A stretch of 64,000 nucleotides of DNA from an uncultured Acidobacteriota bacterium (lineage in GTDB: Bacteria > Actinomycetota > Acidimicrobiia > Spongiisociales > ZC4RG35). Shown here piece by piece: positions 35,178 to 44,294 of the stretch (its first letter is position 1; the number at the start of each line of letters is the position of its first letter). The stretch covers positions 32,001-96,000 of the forward strand of contig CAWHEU010000004.1 in the NCBI GenBank assembly GCA_963828465.1, written 5' to 3'. A program made the position numbers and the translations under genes. Below the pieces are notes generated by a model that saw nothing but the letters and a program-made list of their open reading frames with translations, was not told where the DNA came from and did no database searches.

Positions 35178-38100
35178 CTCGGTCCTCCCTCGGTTTGCGG
35201 GCGACGAAATACTTCGCCTGGGGGTGATGGCAGATGATCGCCGACGTGGTCTGCTCCGGCTGGTACTGGTAGAAGGTCTCCTCGCCAACGGTGATCCCGA
35301 TGCGATCGGCGCCGAGCAGATAGGCCACCTTCTCGTTGTCCTCCAGGTCGGGACAGGCCGGGTATCCCCACGAGAAGCGCCCGCCCCGGTATTGCTGACG
35401 GAACAACCCGAGCAGCGATGGCCCGTCCTCGTCGACGAACCCCCACTCCTCCCGGATCCTGTGATGCCAGTGTTCGGCCAGGGCCTCCGCCATCTCCACA
35501 CCCAGACCGTGGAGGAGCAAGTAGTCGGTGTAGCGATCCTGATCGAACAACTCCTTGGTCCGGTCGGAGACCTTGTCACCCATGGTGACGATGTGGAAGG
35601 CCGCGTAATCGACCTCCTCACCGACAGGGCGAAAGAAGTCGGCGATGCACATGTACGGATCCTCCCGCTGCCTGGGGAAGCTGAATCGAGTCAACTCCCT
35701 CTGGGCGCTCACGTCGTCCCAGATGACGAGGTCGTTGCCGTCGCCATTCGCCGGGAAATAGCCGTAGACAACCTTCGGGTTCAGCAGGTCGTCGTGCCGG
35801 GCCAGCGCGATCTGTTCACGAAGCAACGGCGCCAGCCGCTCCTTGAAATCGAGGTCCCGCTCACCCTTCTCAGGCCGATACTGCCATTGGTTGCGGAAGA
35901 GGGCGGTCAGGTTGAGATAGGGGACGATCTCGTCGATCGAGACGCCCCGGATCACACGCGACCCGGTGAAGGGGGGCACGAAGATCTGGTTGTCCCGCTT
36001 GACGTCCGGGGACCGGGCCGGGATCACACCTCCCTCGGCCTCCCGTCCGTGATACTGCCGGGCCGCGATCGGCTCGGGGGCCGGTTCGCCGGCGACGATC
36101 TTTCCCATGGCCTCTAGGCCGGCGAAGGCGTTCTTGCCGTAATACAGCGGGCCCTGATAGCGCGATCGGAGATCTGCTTCGACGTAGTTCCTGGTCAAGG
36201 CGGCACCGCCGAGAAGGACGGGCACCTTGCCGAGGCCACGTCGCTCCAACTCCTCGAGGTTGTCCCTCATGATCAGCGTGCTCTTCACCAGGAGACCGCT
36301 CATCCCGATCGCGTCCGCTGAAGTCTCCTCGAACTTGGCGATCATTTCTGAGATGCCGATCTTGATGCCGAGGTTGTGTACCTCATAGCCGTTGTTGGTG
36401 AGGATGATGTCGACCAGGTTCTTGCCGATGTCGTGGACGTCGCCGGAAACGGTGGCCAGCACGATTCGGCCCCGTGTCGACCCTTCGGCCTTCTCCATCA
36501 TCGGCTCGAGGTAGGCGACCGCCTTCTTCATGGTCTCGGCCGACTTCAAGACGAACGGGAGTTGCATTTCACCGCTGGCGAACAGCTCGCCCACCGTCCG
36601 CATCCCATCGAGGAGGTAGTTGTTGATGATGTCGAGCGGCGTGGTGCCTTCGCCCAAGGCGACGTCGAGGTCAGCGATGACGTTCTTCTGGTCGCCGTCG
36701 ATGATGCGCTTGGCGAGACGCTCCCCCACCTCCATACCCTCGTAGTCGCTCTCCGACCTCTCGACTGTCTCGACTCCCGCGAACAGCTCGAGGAGTTTCT
36801 CCAACGGGTCGTATCCCTCGGCACGCCGGTCGTAGATGAGGTCGAGGCAGACCTGGCGCTGTTCAGGGTCGATCCGATTGAGCGGCTCGATCTTCCCGGC
36901 ATGGACGATGGCTGCGTCGAGACCTGCTTCGACCGCCTCATGGAGGAACACCGAATTGAGGACACGCCGCGCCGCCGGGTTCAGCCCGAACGAGACGTTG
37001 GACACGCCGAGCACGGTCCTCACCCCGGGCAGCTCGGTCTTGATCTGCCTGATGGCGTCGAGAGTGATCATCGCGTCTTTGCGCAGGTCGTCGCCACCGG
37101 TGGTGAGTGGGAACGTGAGGGCATCGAAGATCAGGTCCTCGGACCGAAGTCCGTAGCGCTCGACGGCGAGGTCGTGGATGCGATGGGCGATCCGCAGCTT
37201 CCACTCCAGGGTGCGAGCTTGACCCTCCTCGTCGATGAGCAGGCAGATGGCACCAGCGCCGTGCTTCCGAGCCAGGCCGAACACCCGATCGAGCCGTGAG
37301 CCCGGCTCTTCGCCATCCTCGAGGTTGGCACTGTTGAGCAGGCTGCGGCCGCCGAGCCGCTCCAGACCGGCCTCCATGACCTCGGGCTCGGTGGAGTCGA
37401 GCACCACGGGTGCGGCGACGTCGGTGGCAAAGGCGGCGGCCAGCCTTGTCATGTCGGCCACTCCGTCCCGCCCGACATAGTCCACACAGAGGTCGACGAG
37501 GTGGGCGCCTTCCTTCACCTGATCCTGGCCGACGGAGACGCAACTGTCGAGGTCGTCGACGAGAAGGGCATCTTTGAAGGCGCGAGAGCCGTTGGCGTTG
37601 GCGCGCTCCCCGATGATCAAGAACGATGTGTCCTGGTCGAAGGGGACCTGACTGTAGATCGAGGCGGCCGATGGGATCGTCTCTGGCCTGCGCTCGAGGA
37701 GAGGCAGAGGACGGGTCTTCTCGATGACCGCAGCCAGATGCTCGGGACTCGTGCCGCAACAACCTCCGATCACGCCGATCCCCATTTCGGTGACGAACTG
37801 GCCCAGATGGTGGGCGAGGTCGTCCGGTGAAAGGTCATAGGCCATCTGCCCGTCCTCGACATGGGGCAGACCGGCGTTTGGTATCGCCGACACCGGCAAT
37901 TTCGAGTGACGGGACAGGTGGCGCAGCGGCTCATACATCTCGGCCGGGCCGGTGGCACAGTTGAGGCCGATGACATCGGGTCCCAGCGCCTCCAGGGTGG
38001 TCAGGGCAGCGCCGATCTCGGTCCCGGGCAGCATCCGCCCGGTGAGCTCGATCGTGACCTGGACCTGGAGCGGGATCTCGACACCGGCGCTCTTCATCGC

Positions 38101-38646
38101 CCGTCGAGCGCCCTCGATAGCGGCTTTGGCACCAAGGAGGTCGAATTGGGTCTCGATGATCAGGAGGTCGGCGCCCCCGTCGATCAGCCCGGAGGATTCG
38201 ACCTCATACGCATCGGCGAGGTCTCTATAGGAGATCTGGCCAAGGGTGGCGAACTTGGTCCCGGGGCCGATCGACCCTGCGACGAATCGCGGTCGTCCGT
38301 CTGCTTTGACGAACTCGTCCACAGTCTCTCTGGCCAGCGTCGCCCCGGACGCGGCGATCTCATACGACTGGTCCTCGAGCCCGTACTCACCCAGCGGGAC
38401 AGAGAAGGCTCCGAAGGTGTTGGTCTCGACCACATCGACGCCGACTTCGAGGAAGGACCGATGAAGGTCCCTGATCACGTCGGGACGACGCAGGTTCAAC
38501 AGCTCGTTACATCCCTCCAAGGACGGACCCCCGAAGTCGTCGGCAGTGAGGCCGACCATCTGCAGGTTGGTGCCCGTAGCCCCGTCGAAAATGACGAGTC
38601 CGGATTGGACGAAATCTATGTAGTCGCTCGGCCGAGCCTCGCTCAA
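35161..38646 (-). CDS. metH: Cobalamin-dependent methionine synthase
   Basis: Motifs DGATGT, GLNCATGP, GGCCGT, IGERANANGS, B12 motif GDVHDIGKNLV, RFSWGYPACP. Confidence 0.97.
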   Translation of the reverse strand: MSEARPSDYIDFVQSGLVIFDGATGTNLQMVGLTADDFGGPSLEGCNELLNLRRPDVIRDLHRSFLEVGVDVVETNTFGAFSVPLGEYGLEDQSYEIAASGATLARETVDEFVKADGRPRFVAGSIGPGTKFATLGQISYRDLADAYEVESSGLIDGGADLLIIETQFDLLGAKAAIEGARRAMKSAGVEIPLQVQVTIELTGRMLPGTEIGAALTTLEALGPDVIGLNCATGPAEMYEPLRHLSRHSKLPVSAIPNAGLPHVEDGQMAYDLSPDDLAHHLGQFVTEMGIGVIGGCCGTSPEHLAAVIEKTRPLPLLERRPETIPSAASIYSQVPFDQDTSFLIIGERANANGSRAFKDALLVDDLDSCVSVGQDQVKEGAHLVDLCVDYVGRDGVADMTRLAAAFATDVAAPVVLDSTEPEVMEAGLERLGGRSLLNSANLEDGEEPGSRLDRVFGLARKHGAGAICLLIDEEGQARTLEWKLRIAHRIHDLAVERYGLRSEDLIFDALTFPLTTGGDDLRKDAMITLDAIRQIKTELPGVRTVLGVSNVSFGLNPAARRVLNSVFLHEAVEAGLDAAIVHAGKIEPLNRIDPEQRQVCLDLIYDRRAEGYDPLEKLLELFAGVETVERSESDYEGMEVGERLAKRIIDGDQKNVIADLDVALGEGTTPLDIINNYLLDGMRTVGELFASGEMQLPFVLKSAETMKKAVAYLEPMMEKAEGSTRGRIVLATVSGDVHDIGKNLVDIILTNNGYEVHNLGIKIGISEMIAKFEETSADAIGMSGLLVKSTLIMRDNLEELERRGLGKVPVLLGGAALTRNYVEADLRSRYQGPLYYGKNAFAGLEAMGKIVAGEPAPEPIAARQYHGREAEGGVIPARSPDVKRDNQIFVPPFTGSRVIRGVSIDEIVPYLNLTALFRNQWQYRPEKGERDLDFKERLAPLLREQIALARHDDLLNPKVVYGYFPANGDGNDLVIWDDVSAQRELTRFSFPRQREDPYMCIADFFRPVGEEVDYAAFHIVTMGDKVSDRTKELFDQDRYTDYLLLHGLGVEMAEALAEHWHHRIREEWGFVDEDGPSLLGLFRQQYRGGRFSWGYPACPDLEDNEKVAYLLGADRIGITVGEETFYQYQPEQTTSAIICHHPQAKYFVARKPREDRDADKG

Positions 38647-38709
38647 CGGTCACTCCTCTGTTTCTTCTCGAAACGCTTGAAGAGCGCCGGGAGCCAAGGG
38701 CTCCGGCAA

Positions 38710-38792
38710 CTCATCGATCCAGGCATTGGCACCGTGCTTGCGCCGGTTGCCGCGGTTTCATCGGGCCTGATCCCTCAACCGCTCAAGATGAG
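38710..38792 (-). ncRNA. SAM-I family riboswitch, apparently lacking P4
   Basis: Minus strand CTCATC-TTGAGCGGTTGAGGGATCAGGCCCGATGAAACCGCGGCAACC-GGCGCAAGCA-CGGTGCCAATGCCTGGATC-GATGAG shows P1, kink-turn P2, GCAACC/GGTGC P3 and a CAGG/CCTG pseudoknot; lies upstream of metH. Confidence 0.92.
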
Positions 38793-38849
38793 CGCTTCGT
38801 CAGTGTTGAGACTATTGGATTTCAGCGGATTTGTGCAACATCCCCGGGT

Positions 38850-39239
38850 TCATCTGGAGGATGCGAGCTGAATGAGGTTGCCGCAAGTGTCATCGAGCAC
38901 GGTCGTGGTGATATCCCCCATCTCCAGTGGTTCCTGGGTGAAACGAACGCCGGCTGCGCTGAGCCGCTCGTATTCGGCACGGGCGTCATCCACGGCGAAA
39001 GACGCGAAGGGAATGCCGTCCTCCACCAGCGCCTTCTTGAAAACCCCGGCCGCAGGATGGTTGTCCGGCTCCAGAACGAGTTCCGGTCCATCGGGATCGG
39101 CTGGTGAGCAGACGGTCAGCCATCTGTACTCCCCAGCAGGGATCTCGGTCTTCTTCTCGAACCCGAGCTTCTCCGTGTAGAAGTCGAGTGCCTTGTCCTG
39201 ATCGTCCACCAGGACCGATGTGACGTTGATTCGGATCAT
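38850..39239 (-). CDS. VOC/glyoxalase family protein
   Basis: Motifs VDDQDKALDFYTEKLGF, RWLTV, DDTCGNLIQL. Confidence 0.9.
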   Translation of the reverse strand: MIRINVTSVLVDDQDKALDFYTEKLGFEKKTEIPAGEYRWLTVCSPADPDGPELVLEPDNHPAAGVFKKALVEDGIPFASFAVDDARAEYERLSAAGVRFTQEPLEMGDITTTVLDDTCGNLIQLASSR

Positions 39240-39520
39240 CCTTCTTCCCTCTCGCTAGGGGGCCAACGCTCGACGATGCTCTGCAACGGCGAGGTGTTGA
39301 CGTGATGGAACTTGTACCGACCCTCACGCTGGGTACTGAGCAGACCGGCCTCTTCCAGAACATCCAGGTGCTGGGAGATGGCTTGCCGGGACGGGCTCAA
39401 ACCGTGTTTCATCGCCAGTCGGGCGCATATCTCGAACAGGGTCTGACCGTCCTTGTCGCTCAACTCGTCGAGGATCGCCCGCCGCGTGGGGTCGGCAAGA
39501 GCCTTGAACATGTCGCTCAT
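39236..39520 (-). CDS. ArsR/SmtB family transcriptional regulator
   Basis: Motifs FKALADPTRRAILD and SRQAISQHLDVLEEAGL. Confidence 0.9.
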   Translation of the reverse strand: MSDMFKALADPTRRAILDELSDKDGQTLFEICARLAMKHGLSPSRQAISQHLDVLEEAGLLSTQREGRYKFHHVNTSPLQSIVERWPPSEREEG

Positions 39521-39534
39521 GGCCCTGTCATCAT

Positions 39535-39554
39535 AGGCAAGTCGTTACTTGCCT
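39535..39554. promoter_or_regulatory. Palindromic operator AGGCAAGT-N4-ACTTGCCT, probable ArsR autoregulatory site
   Basis: Perfect 8-bp inverted repeat 14 nt upstream of the ArsR start codon. Confidence 0.65.
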
Positions 39555-39579
39555 GTCGAACCCGCCTTCGTTTCGTGCA

Positions 39580-39608
39580 TTGACTTGAACCCCGATCCTG
39601 GATACCTT
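39580..39608 (+). promoter_or_regulatory. Housekeeping promoter TTGACT-N17-TACCTT
   Basis: Near-consensus -35/-10 ending 9 nt before the leader-peptide ATG. Confidence 0.6.
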
Positions 39609-39617
39609 TCCTGTCAC

Positions 39618-39683
39618 ATGAGCGCCTGGCTCACGACCGGTATGACGACCACGACCGAAAGGCCGTGCGACTCGTCCGTGTAA
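39618..39683 (+). CDS. Thr-rich attenuator leader peptide MSAWLTTGMTTTTERPCDSSV
   Basis: 21 codons with six Thr codons clustered; followed by alternative hairpins and a U-tailed terminator upstream of homoserine dehydrogenase. Confidence 0.8.
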   Translation: MSAWLTTGMTTTTERPCDSSV

Positions 39684-39709
39684 CCAGCGACACCACCACA
39701 CGAAACACG

Positions 39710-39740
39710 AGATCCGCACCGGCAGGGAGCGGATCTTTTT
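39710..39740 (+). terminator. Attenuator terminator hairpin
   Basis: AGATCCGC-ACC-GGCAG-GGA-GCGGATCT followed by TTTT, located within the 5' leader of hom. Confidence 0.85.
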
Positions 39741-39814
39741 GATTCCCGACCCGGTAGCGGCCATCGGAGAAGCGAAGGTCACATGAGAGAGCAGACAGAA
39801 TCGAGGCGGAGGCC

Positions 39815-40840
39815 ATGACCGTCCGCGTCGGCGTGCTCGGTGCCGGAACCGTCGGTGGCGCCCTGGTCAACCGGCTGTTGACCGACCGTGACGCCATCAG
39901 ACTGAAATCAGGCGTTGATCTAGAGGTCCGGCGTGTCGCGGTGAGGGACCTGGCCAAGGAGCGTCCCTTCGCCATCAAGGCAGACCGGCTGACCGACGAC
40001 GCGGTGTCGGTCGTCACCGACCCTTCGATCGACGTGATCGTCGAGGTGATCGGTGGCCTCGAGCCGGCGGGTGCCCTGGTCCTGGCCGCCTTGCGCTCGG
40101 GAAAGCCCGTGGTCACCGCCAACAAGGAGCTCATCGCCACCAGGGGCCAGGAGATCGTGGAGGCGGCAAAGCGGGCCGGGGTATCCGTCATGTACGAGGC
40201 GGCGGTGGGAGGTGGGATCCCGGTGATCCGCCCCCTTGCCGAGAGCCTCGCCGGCGAGGACATCGACGTGGTGAGCGGCATCGTGAACGGGACCACCAAC
40301 TACATCCTCACCGCGATGGCAAAAGAGGGCCGCAGCTATGACGACGCCCTGGCTGAGGCCCAGCGTCTCGGCTACGCCGAGACCGACCCCGCGGACGATG
40401 TCTCCGGGCGCGATGCTGCCTTCAAGACCTCGATCCTCGCCAGCCTCGCCTTCGGTGAGCGGGTCGCGCCGTGGGAAGTCGAATGTGAAGGGATCGAAGG
40501 CGTGACCGCCGACGACGTGGCCTCCGCCACCGAAAAGGGCGAGGTGATCAAGCTCATCGGCTCGGCGCAGAGGGGAATCGATGGGCGGGTCGAGGCAACG
40601 GTGAAGCCGCTGAGCCTTCCCGACGACCACCCGCTGGCCGGCGTCAACGGGGTGACCAACGCCATCTTCATCGAGGGGCCGTCGGTGGGCCGTCTCCTCT
40701 TCACCGGACCTGGGGCCGGGGGCCAGCCCACGGCTAGCGCGATGCTCGGCGATCTGATCCAGGTGGCCTCACGGGGCCGTGGCCCGAGGACCGGCTCGGC
40801 GCACGATCCCAAGCCGCGACGCCAGGTGCTCCACCGCTAG
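39815..40840 (+). CDS. hom: Homoserine dehydrogenase (short form, no ACT domain)
   Basis: Motifs GAGTVG, VVTANKE, EAAVGGGIP, GIVNGTTNYIL, GYAETDP, GPGAGGQPTASA. Confidence 0.93.
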   Translation: MTVRVGVLGAGTVGGALVNRLLTDRDAIRLKSGVDLEVRRVAVRDLAKERPFAIKADRLTDDAVSVVTDPSIDVIVEVIGGLEPAGALVLAALRSGKPVVTANKELIATRGQEIVEAAKRAGVSVMYEAAVGGGIPVIRPLAESLAGEDIDVVSGIVNGTTNYILTAMAKEGRSYDDALAEAQRLGYAETDPADDVSGRDAAFKTSILASLAFGERVAPWEVECEGIEGVTADDVASATEKGEVIKLIGSAQRGIDGRVEATVKPLSLPDDHPLAGVNGVTNAIFIEGPSVGRLLFTGPGAGGQPTASAMLGDLIQVASRGRGPRTGSAHDPKPRRQVLHR

Positions 40841-42210
40841 GTGCTTGCCTGGCCCGCGAGGAAGTCGCGGTACCAGGCTCCGCTCGCTTTGATCGTTCGG
40901 CTCATCGTCTCGAAATCGACCCTGACGATCCCGAAACGCTTGTCATAGCCACGGGCCCATTCGAAGTTGTCCATGAGGGACCAGAGGAAATAGCCCCGCA
41001 CATCGACACCCCGATCGACCGCGGTCTTGATCGCGTCGATATGTTGCCGGACGTAGTTGGTGCGATCCGGGTCGTCGATCGATCCGTCGGAACCCACCAC
41101 ATCGACATAGGCGGCGCCGTTCTCACAGATCACCAGCGGCAAGCCGGGGTTCTCGCTGCCGATGCGCTCCAGCATCCAGGTCAGGCCTTCGGGCTCGACT
41201 CCCCAGTTCATCTCGGTCAGTTTCCCAGGCGCTCGAACCACCCTGGCCCCCCAAGATCCGGGCCAGGGAGCCATCGACTCGGCCCCACCCACATGCTCGA
41301 TGTGGTTGACGTTGTAATAGTTGACCCCGAGGAAATCGATCGGCTGCCGGCGAGCGGCGAGCTCATCGATGTCTATCGCCTGGGACACCCCGTACCGCTC
41401 GAACACCGACAGGATCTCGTCTGGATAGCGGGCGTGGATCACCGCATCCGCGAACAGCCGGTTCTGGACCAGGTCGACAGCCGCGGCTGCCGCCCGATCC
41501 TCATCGGTGTCGTTCTGGGGCCAGGCGGGGATGAGATTGAGCACGATGCCTAGCCGGTCGTCCTCCCGTGGAGCTGTCTCCCGCATCGCCCTGATCGCCG
41601 AGTGATGGGCCAGCATCAGGTGATGAGCCACCCTGAGAGATCCTGGGGTGTCGGTGATCCCCGGGGCATGCTCCCCCGAGCTGTGCCCGAGGAAGGCGAC
41701 GCACCAGGGCTCGTTGAGCGTCACCCAGGTGTTGACCATGTCACCCAGGGCGTCCTTGGCCACGCGGGCGTACTCGGTAAACCAGGCAACCGACTCGGGG
41801 TTGAGCCAGCCGCCCCGGTCCTGCAGGGCCTGGGGCAGGTCCCAGTGATAGAGCGTGGCAACCGGAGTGATCCCGGCCCCGGCCAACTCCTTGCAAAGCC
41901 GGCGATAGAAGTCGACGCCGGCCTGATTTACTCGACCGGTCCCATCGGGCAGCAGACGTGGCCACGCGATCGAGAACCTGTAGGCATTGACCCCGAGCTC
42001 AGACATGAGGGCGACGTCCTCGGCGTATCGGTGGTAATGATCCACCGCACGATCGCCGGTTTCCCCGTTGCTCGTGTTGCCCGGGGTGTGGGCGAATGTG
42101 TCCCAGATAGACGGAGCCCGTCCGTCTTCGGCCACGGCACCCTCGATCTGATACGAGGCCGTGGCCACACCCCACAGGAACCCAGGGGGGAACTGCGACA
42201 AAGATGCCAT
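40837..42210 (-). CDS. GH1 beta-glucosidase
   Basis: Motifs FLWGVATASYQIEG, TLYHWDLP, TLNEP (acid/base), ICENG (nucleophile), WSLMDNFEW. Confidence 0.95.
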   Translation of the reverse strand: MASLSQFPPGFLWGVATASYQIEGAVAEDGRAPSIWDTFAHTPGNTSNGETGDRAVDHYHRYAEDVALMSELGVNAYRFSIAWPRLLPDGTGRVNQAGVDFYRRLCKELAGAGITPVATLYHWDLPQALQDRGGWLNPESVAWFTEYARVAKDALGDMVNTWVTLNEPWCVAFLGHSSGEHAPGITDTPGSLRVAHHLMLAHHSAIRAMRETAPREDDRLGIVLNLIPAWPQNDTDEDRAAAAAVDLVQNRLFADAVIHARYPDEILSVFERYGVSQAIDIDELAARRQPIDFLGVNYYNVNHIEHVGGAESMAPWPGSWGARVVRAPGKLTEMNWGVEPEGLTWMLERIGSENPGLPLVICENGAAYVDVVGSDGSIDDPDRTNYVRQHIDAIKTAVDRGVDVRGYFLWSLMDNFEWARGYDKRFGIVRVDFETMSRTIKASGAWYRDFLAGQAST

Positions 42211-42233
42211 CTGGCGCTGCTTCCTTTCTCTAC

Positions 42234-43313
42234 CTACTTCTGGACACCGGAGAGATCGATGCCCTTCAGAAACACTCTTTGGGCGAAGAGGAAGACCATC
42301 ACCGGGATGATCAGGGCCAGCATGGCGCCCGACTGGACGAGGCTGGGGGTGTCGTCGTAGAGCGTGTTGAAAGTGCGCAGGCCCACCGCAATCGGCTGCA
42401 ATTCCGGTCGTGCCGAGAGATAGATCAAGGGCTCGAAGAAGTCATTCCAGGCGAAGTAGAAATGAAAGAGGGATACAGCAACGATCGGGGCCTTCATCTG
42501 CGGGAGGAGGACCGACCACAGAGTGCGAAACGGCCCAGCCCCGTCGATGGTGGCTGCTTCGTCGAGCTCTCTGGGGATGGTGAGGAAATACTGTCTGAGC
42601 AGGAACACGTTGAAGGCGTTGGCGAAGAAGTGGGGAACGATCAACGGCAGCCATGTGCCCACCCATCCGATGCGGAGGAAGAGCGTGTAGGTGGGAACAA
42701 GCGTGGCGTAACGAGGGAGGATGATCGTGGCGATCAGCACCACCATGATCGACCTGCCGAACGGCACGTGGAAGCGGGCCAACCCGTAGGCGACCAGGAT
42801 GGAGGACCCGACCGCCCCTATCGTCCCCAGTCCGGCGATGACCAGCGTGTTCCTCAGCAGGAGCGGGAAGTCCATCAAGTCCCAGGCTTGGCTGTAGTTC
42901 TGCCATTGCGGGTCGAACGCGTACGCGGGCTCGAGCAACCTCCAGTTGCCTTCCCACTCGATAGGCCCAGCCGATGGATCGGCGGGGTCGATGAATTGCG
43001 ACGTCTGCCGCCCCGGCTGGAGCATCGCCAGCTCTCGTTCCGTGCCATCGGGCATGGGAACGGTGTAGATGTCGAGTTGTTCGCCCTCGTACTCGAAGGT
43101 GGCTGCCGACTGGGGAAGGATCGGACCCTCGAAGTCGGAGAGCATCTGCTCGGACTTGAGCGAAGTGACTGCCATGTATCCGAGGGGAAGAAGGAACACG
43201 AACAGGACCAACCCGGTGATCCCGGTCAACATCCAGCCCTGGAGGCGCCTCTTCCGGGGACGACCGGCAGTGGGGGTGGTCGAGGTGCTCTCGCGCTCCA
43301 GGGTCGCAGTCAT
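42234..43313 (-). CDS. Carbohydrate ABC transporter permease (MalG-like)
   Basis: EAA motif IPRELDEAATIDGAG; WNDFFEPLIYL. Confidence 0.92.
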   Translation of the reverse strand: MTATLERESTSTTPTAGRPRKRRLQGWMLTGITGLVLFVFLLPLGYMAVTSLKSEQMLSDFEGPILPQSAATFEYEGEQLDIYTVPMPDGTERELAMLQPGRQTSQFIDPADPSAGPIEWEGNWRLLEPAYAFDPQWQNYSQAWDLMDFPLLLRNTLVIAGLGTIGAVGSSILVAYGLARFHVPFGRSIMVVLIATIILPRYATLVPTYTLFLRIGWVGTWLPLIVPHFFANAFNVFLLRQYFLTIPRELDEAATIDGAGPFRTLWSVLLPQMKAPIVAVSLFHFYFAWNDFFEPLIYLSARPELQPIAVGLRTFNTLYDDTPSLVQSGAMLALIIPVMVFLFAQRVFLKGIDLSGVQK

Positions 43314-43317
43314 CGTC

Positions 43318-44277
43318 TCATCCCTCGAACTCGTAGTGGACCCAGTACTTGGCCGACCAGAAAAGGGCCCCCGTCGTCAACACCGCGACGATGAACAGCG
43401 CCCAAGCCAATGTCGCCGCGTACCCCATGTTGAAAAACTGGAACCCGGTCCTGAAGAAATAGAGGGCAAAGAACTGGGTCGCCCCGTTGGGGGCGCCGCT
43501 GCCGTTGTTGAGGACGAAGGGGACGAGGAAGTAACCGAAGATCCCGATCAGGGTGATGACCAGGTTGTAGAAGATGATCGGGGTGATGAATGGGATGGTG
43601 ATGTGCCGGAAGGAGCCCCACTCCCCGGCGCCGTCGATGCGGGCCGCGGCATAGAGGTCTTCCGGGACCCCTTTCATGGCGGCAATGAAGATGAGGACGG
43701 CATTCCCCACCGCCCAGAGACCGATGAACACCAGGGAGGGGTAGATCCAGAACTCATCGTGGAACCAGTCCGGCCCGTCGATACCGAAAATGGCGAGGAT
43801 CTTGTTCACCCAGCCTATTTGCCCATTGAAGACCCCGTTGAAGATGAGGACCGCGGCCACGAAGGGGATGATCGACGGCATGTAGAAGAGGGCCCGGAAT
43901 GTCTCCCGCCCCTTGAGGGACCTGCTGACCAGGAGATATGCGATTGCCATCGGGAACAGAATCGCGAAGGGGAGGGCGATCGCCCCGAACTTGAGGGTTA
44001 CCAAGACCGACTGGTGAACGTCGGCGTCGTTGAACATCCTGACCCAGTTCTCCAGCCCGATGAATTGCATCGGCTCGTCACTCACCAGGTCGTAGTCGGT
44101 GAACGAGAACCAGAGGGAGGCCGCCATCGGGATCGCGTACCAGAGGAAGAACCCGAGTATCCAGGGCATGACGAACCAAATCCCGGCTCGGCCCCGTCTC
44201 CTTGCCAGGGATGATCTCCTGGGCCGAGAGGGAGCGGCCGGGTGCTCGGCCGCTCCCTCATCGACGATCACAGTCAT
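43318..44277 (-). CDS. Carbohydrate ABC transporter permease (MalF-like)
   Basis: Motifs SFTDYDL, FIGLENW, VPEDLYAAARIDGAG; ATG 44277 inferred. Confidence 0.92.
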   Translation of the reverse strand: MTVIVDEGAAEHPAAPSRPRRSSLARRRGRAGIWFVMPWILGFFLWYAIPMAASLWFSFTDYDLVSDEPMQFIGLENWVRMFNDADVHQSVLVTLKFGAIALPFAILFPMAIAYLLVSRSLKGRETFRALFYMPSIIPFVAAVLIFNGVFNGQIGWVNKILAIFGIDGPDWFHDEFWIYPSLVFIGLWAVGNAVLIFIAAMKGVPEDLYAAARIDGAGEWGSFRHITIPFITPIIFYNLVITLIGIFGYFLVPFVLNNGSGAPNGATQFFALYFFRTGFQFFNMGYAATLAWALFIVAVLTTGALFWSAKYWVHYEFEG

Positions 44278-44294
44278 GCGATCGACCCTAACCG

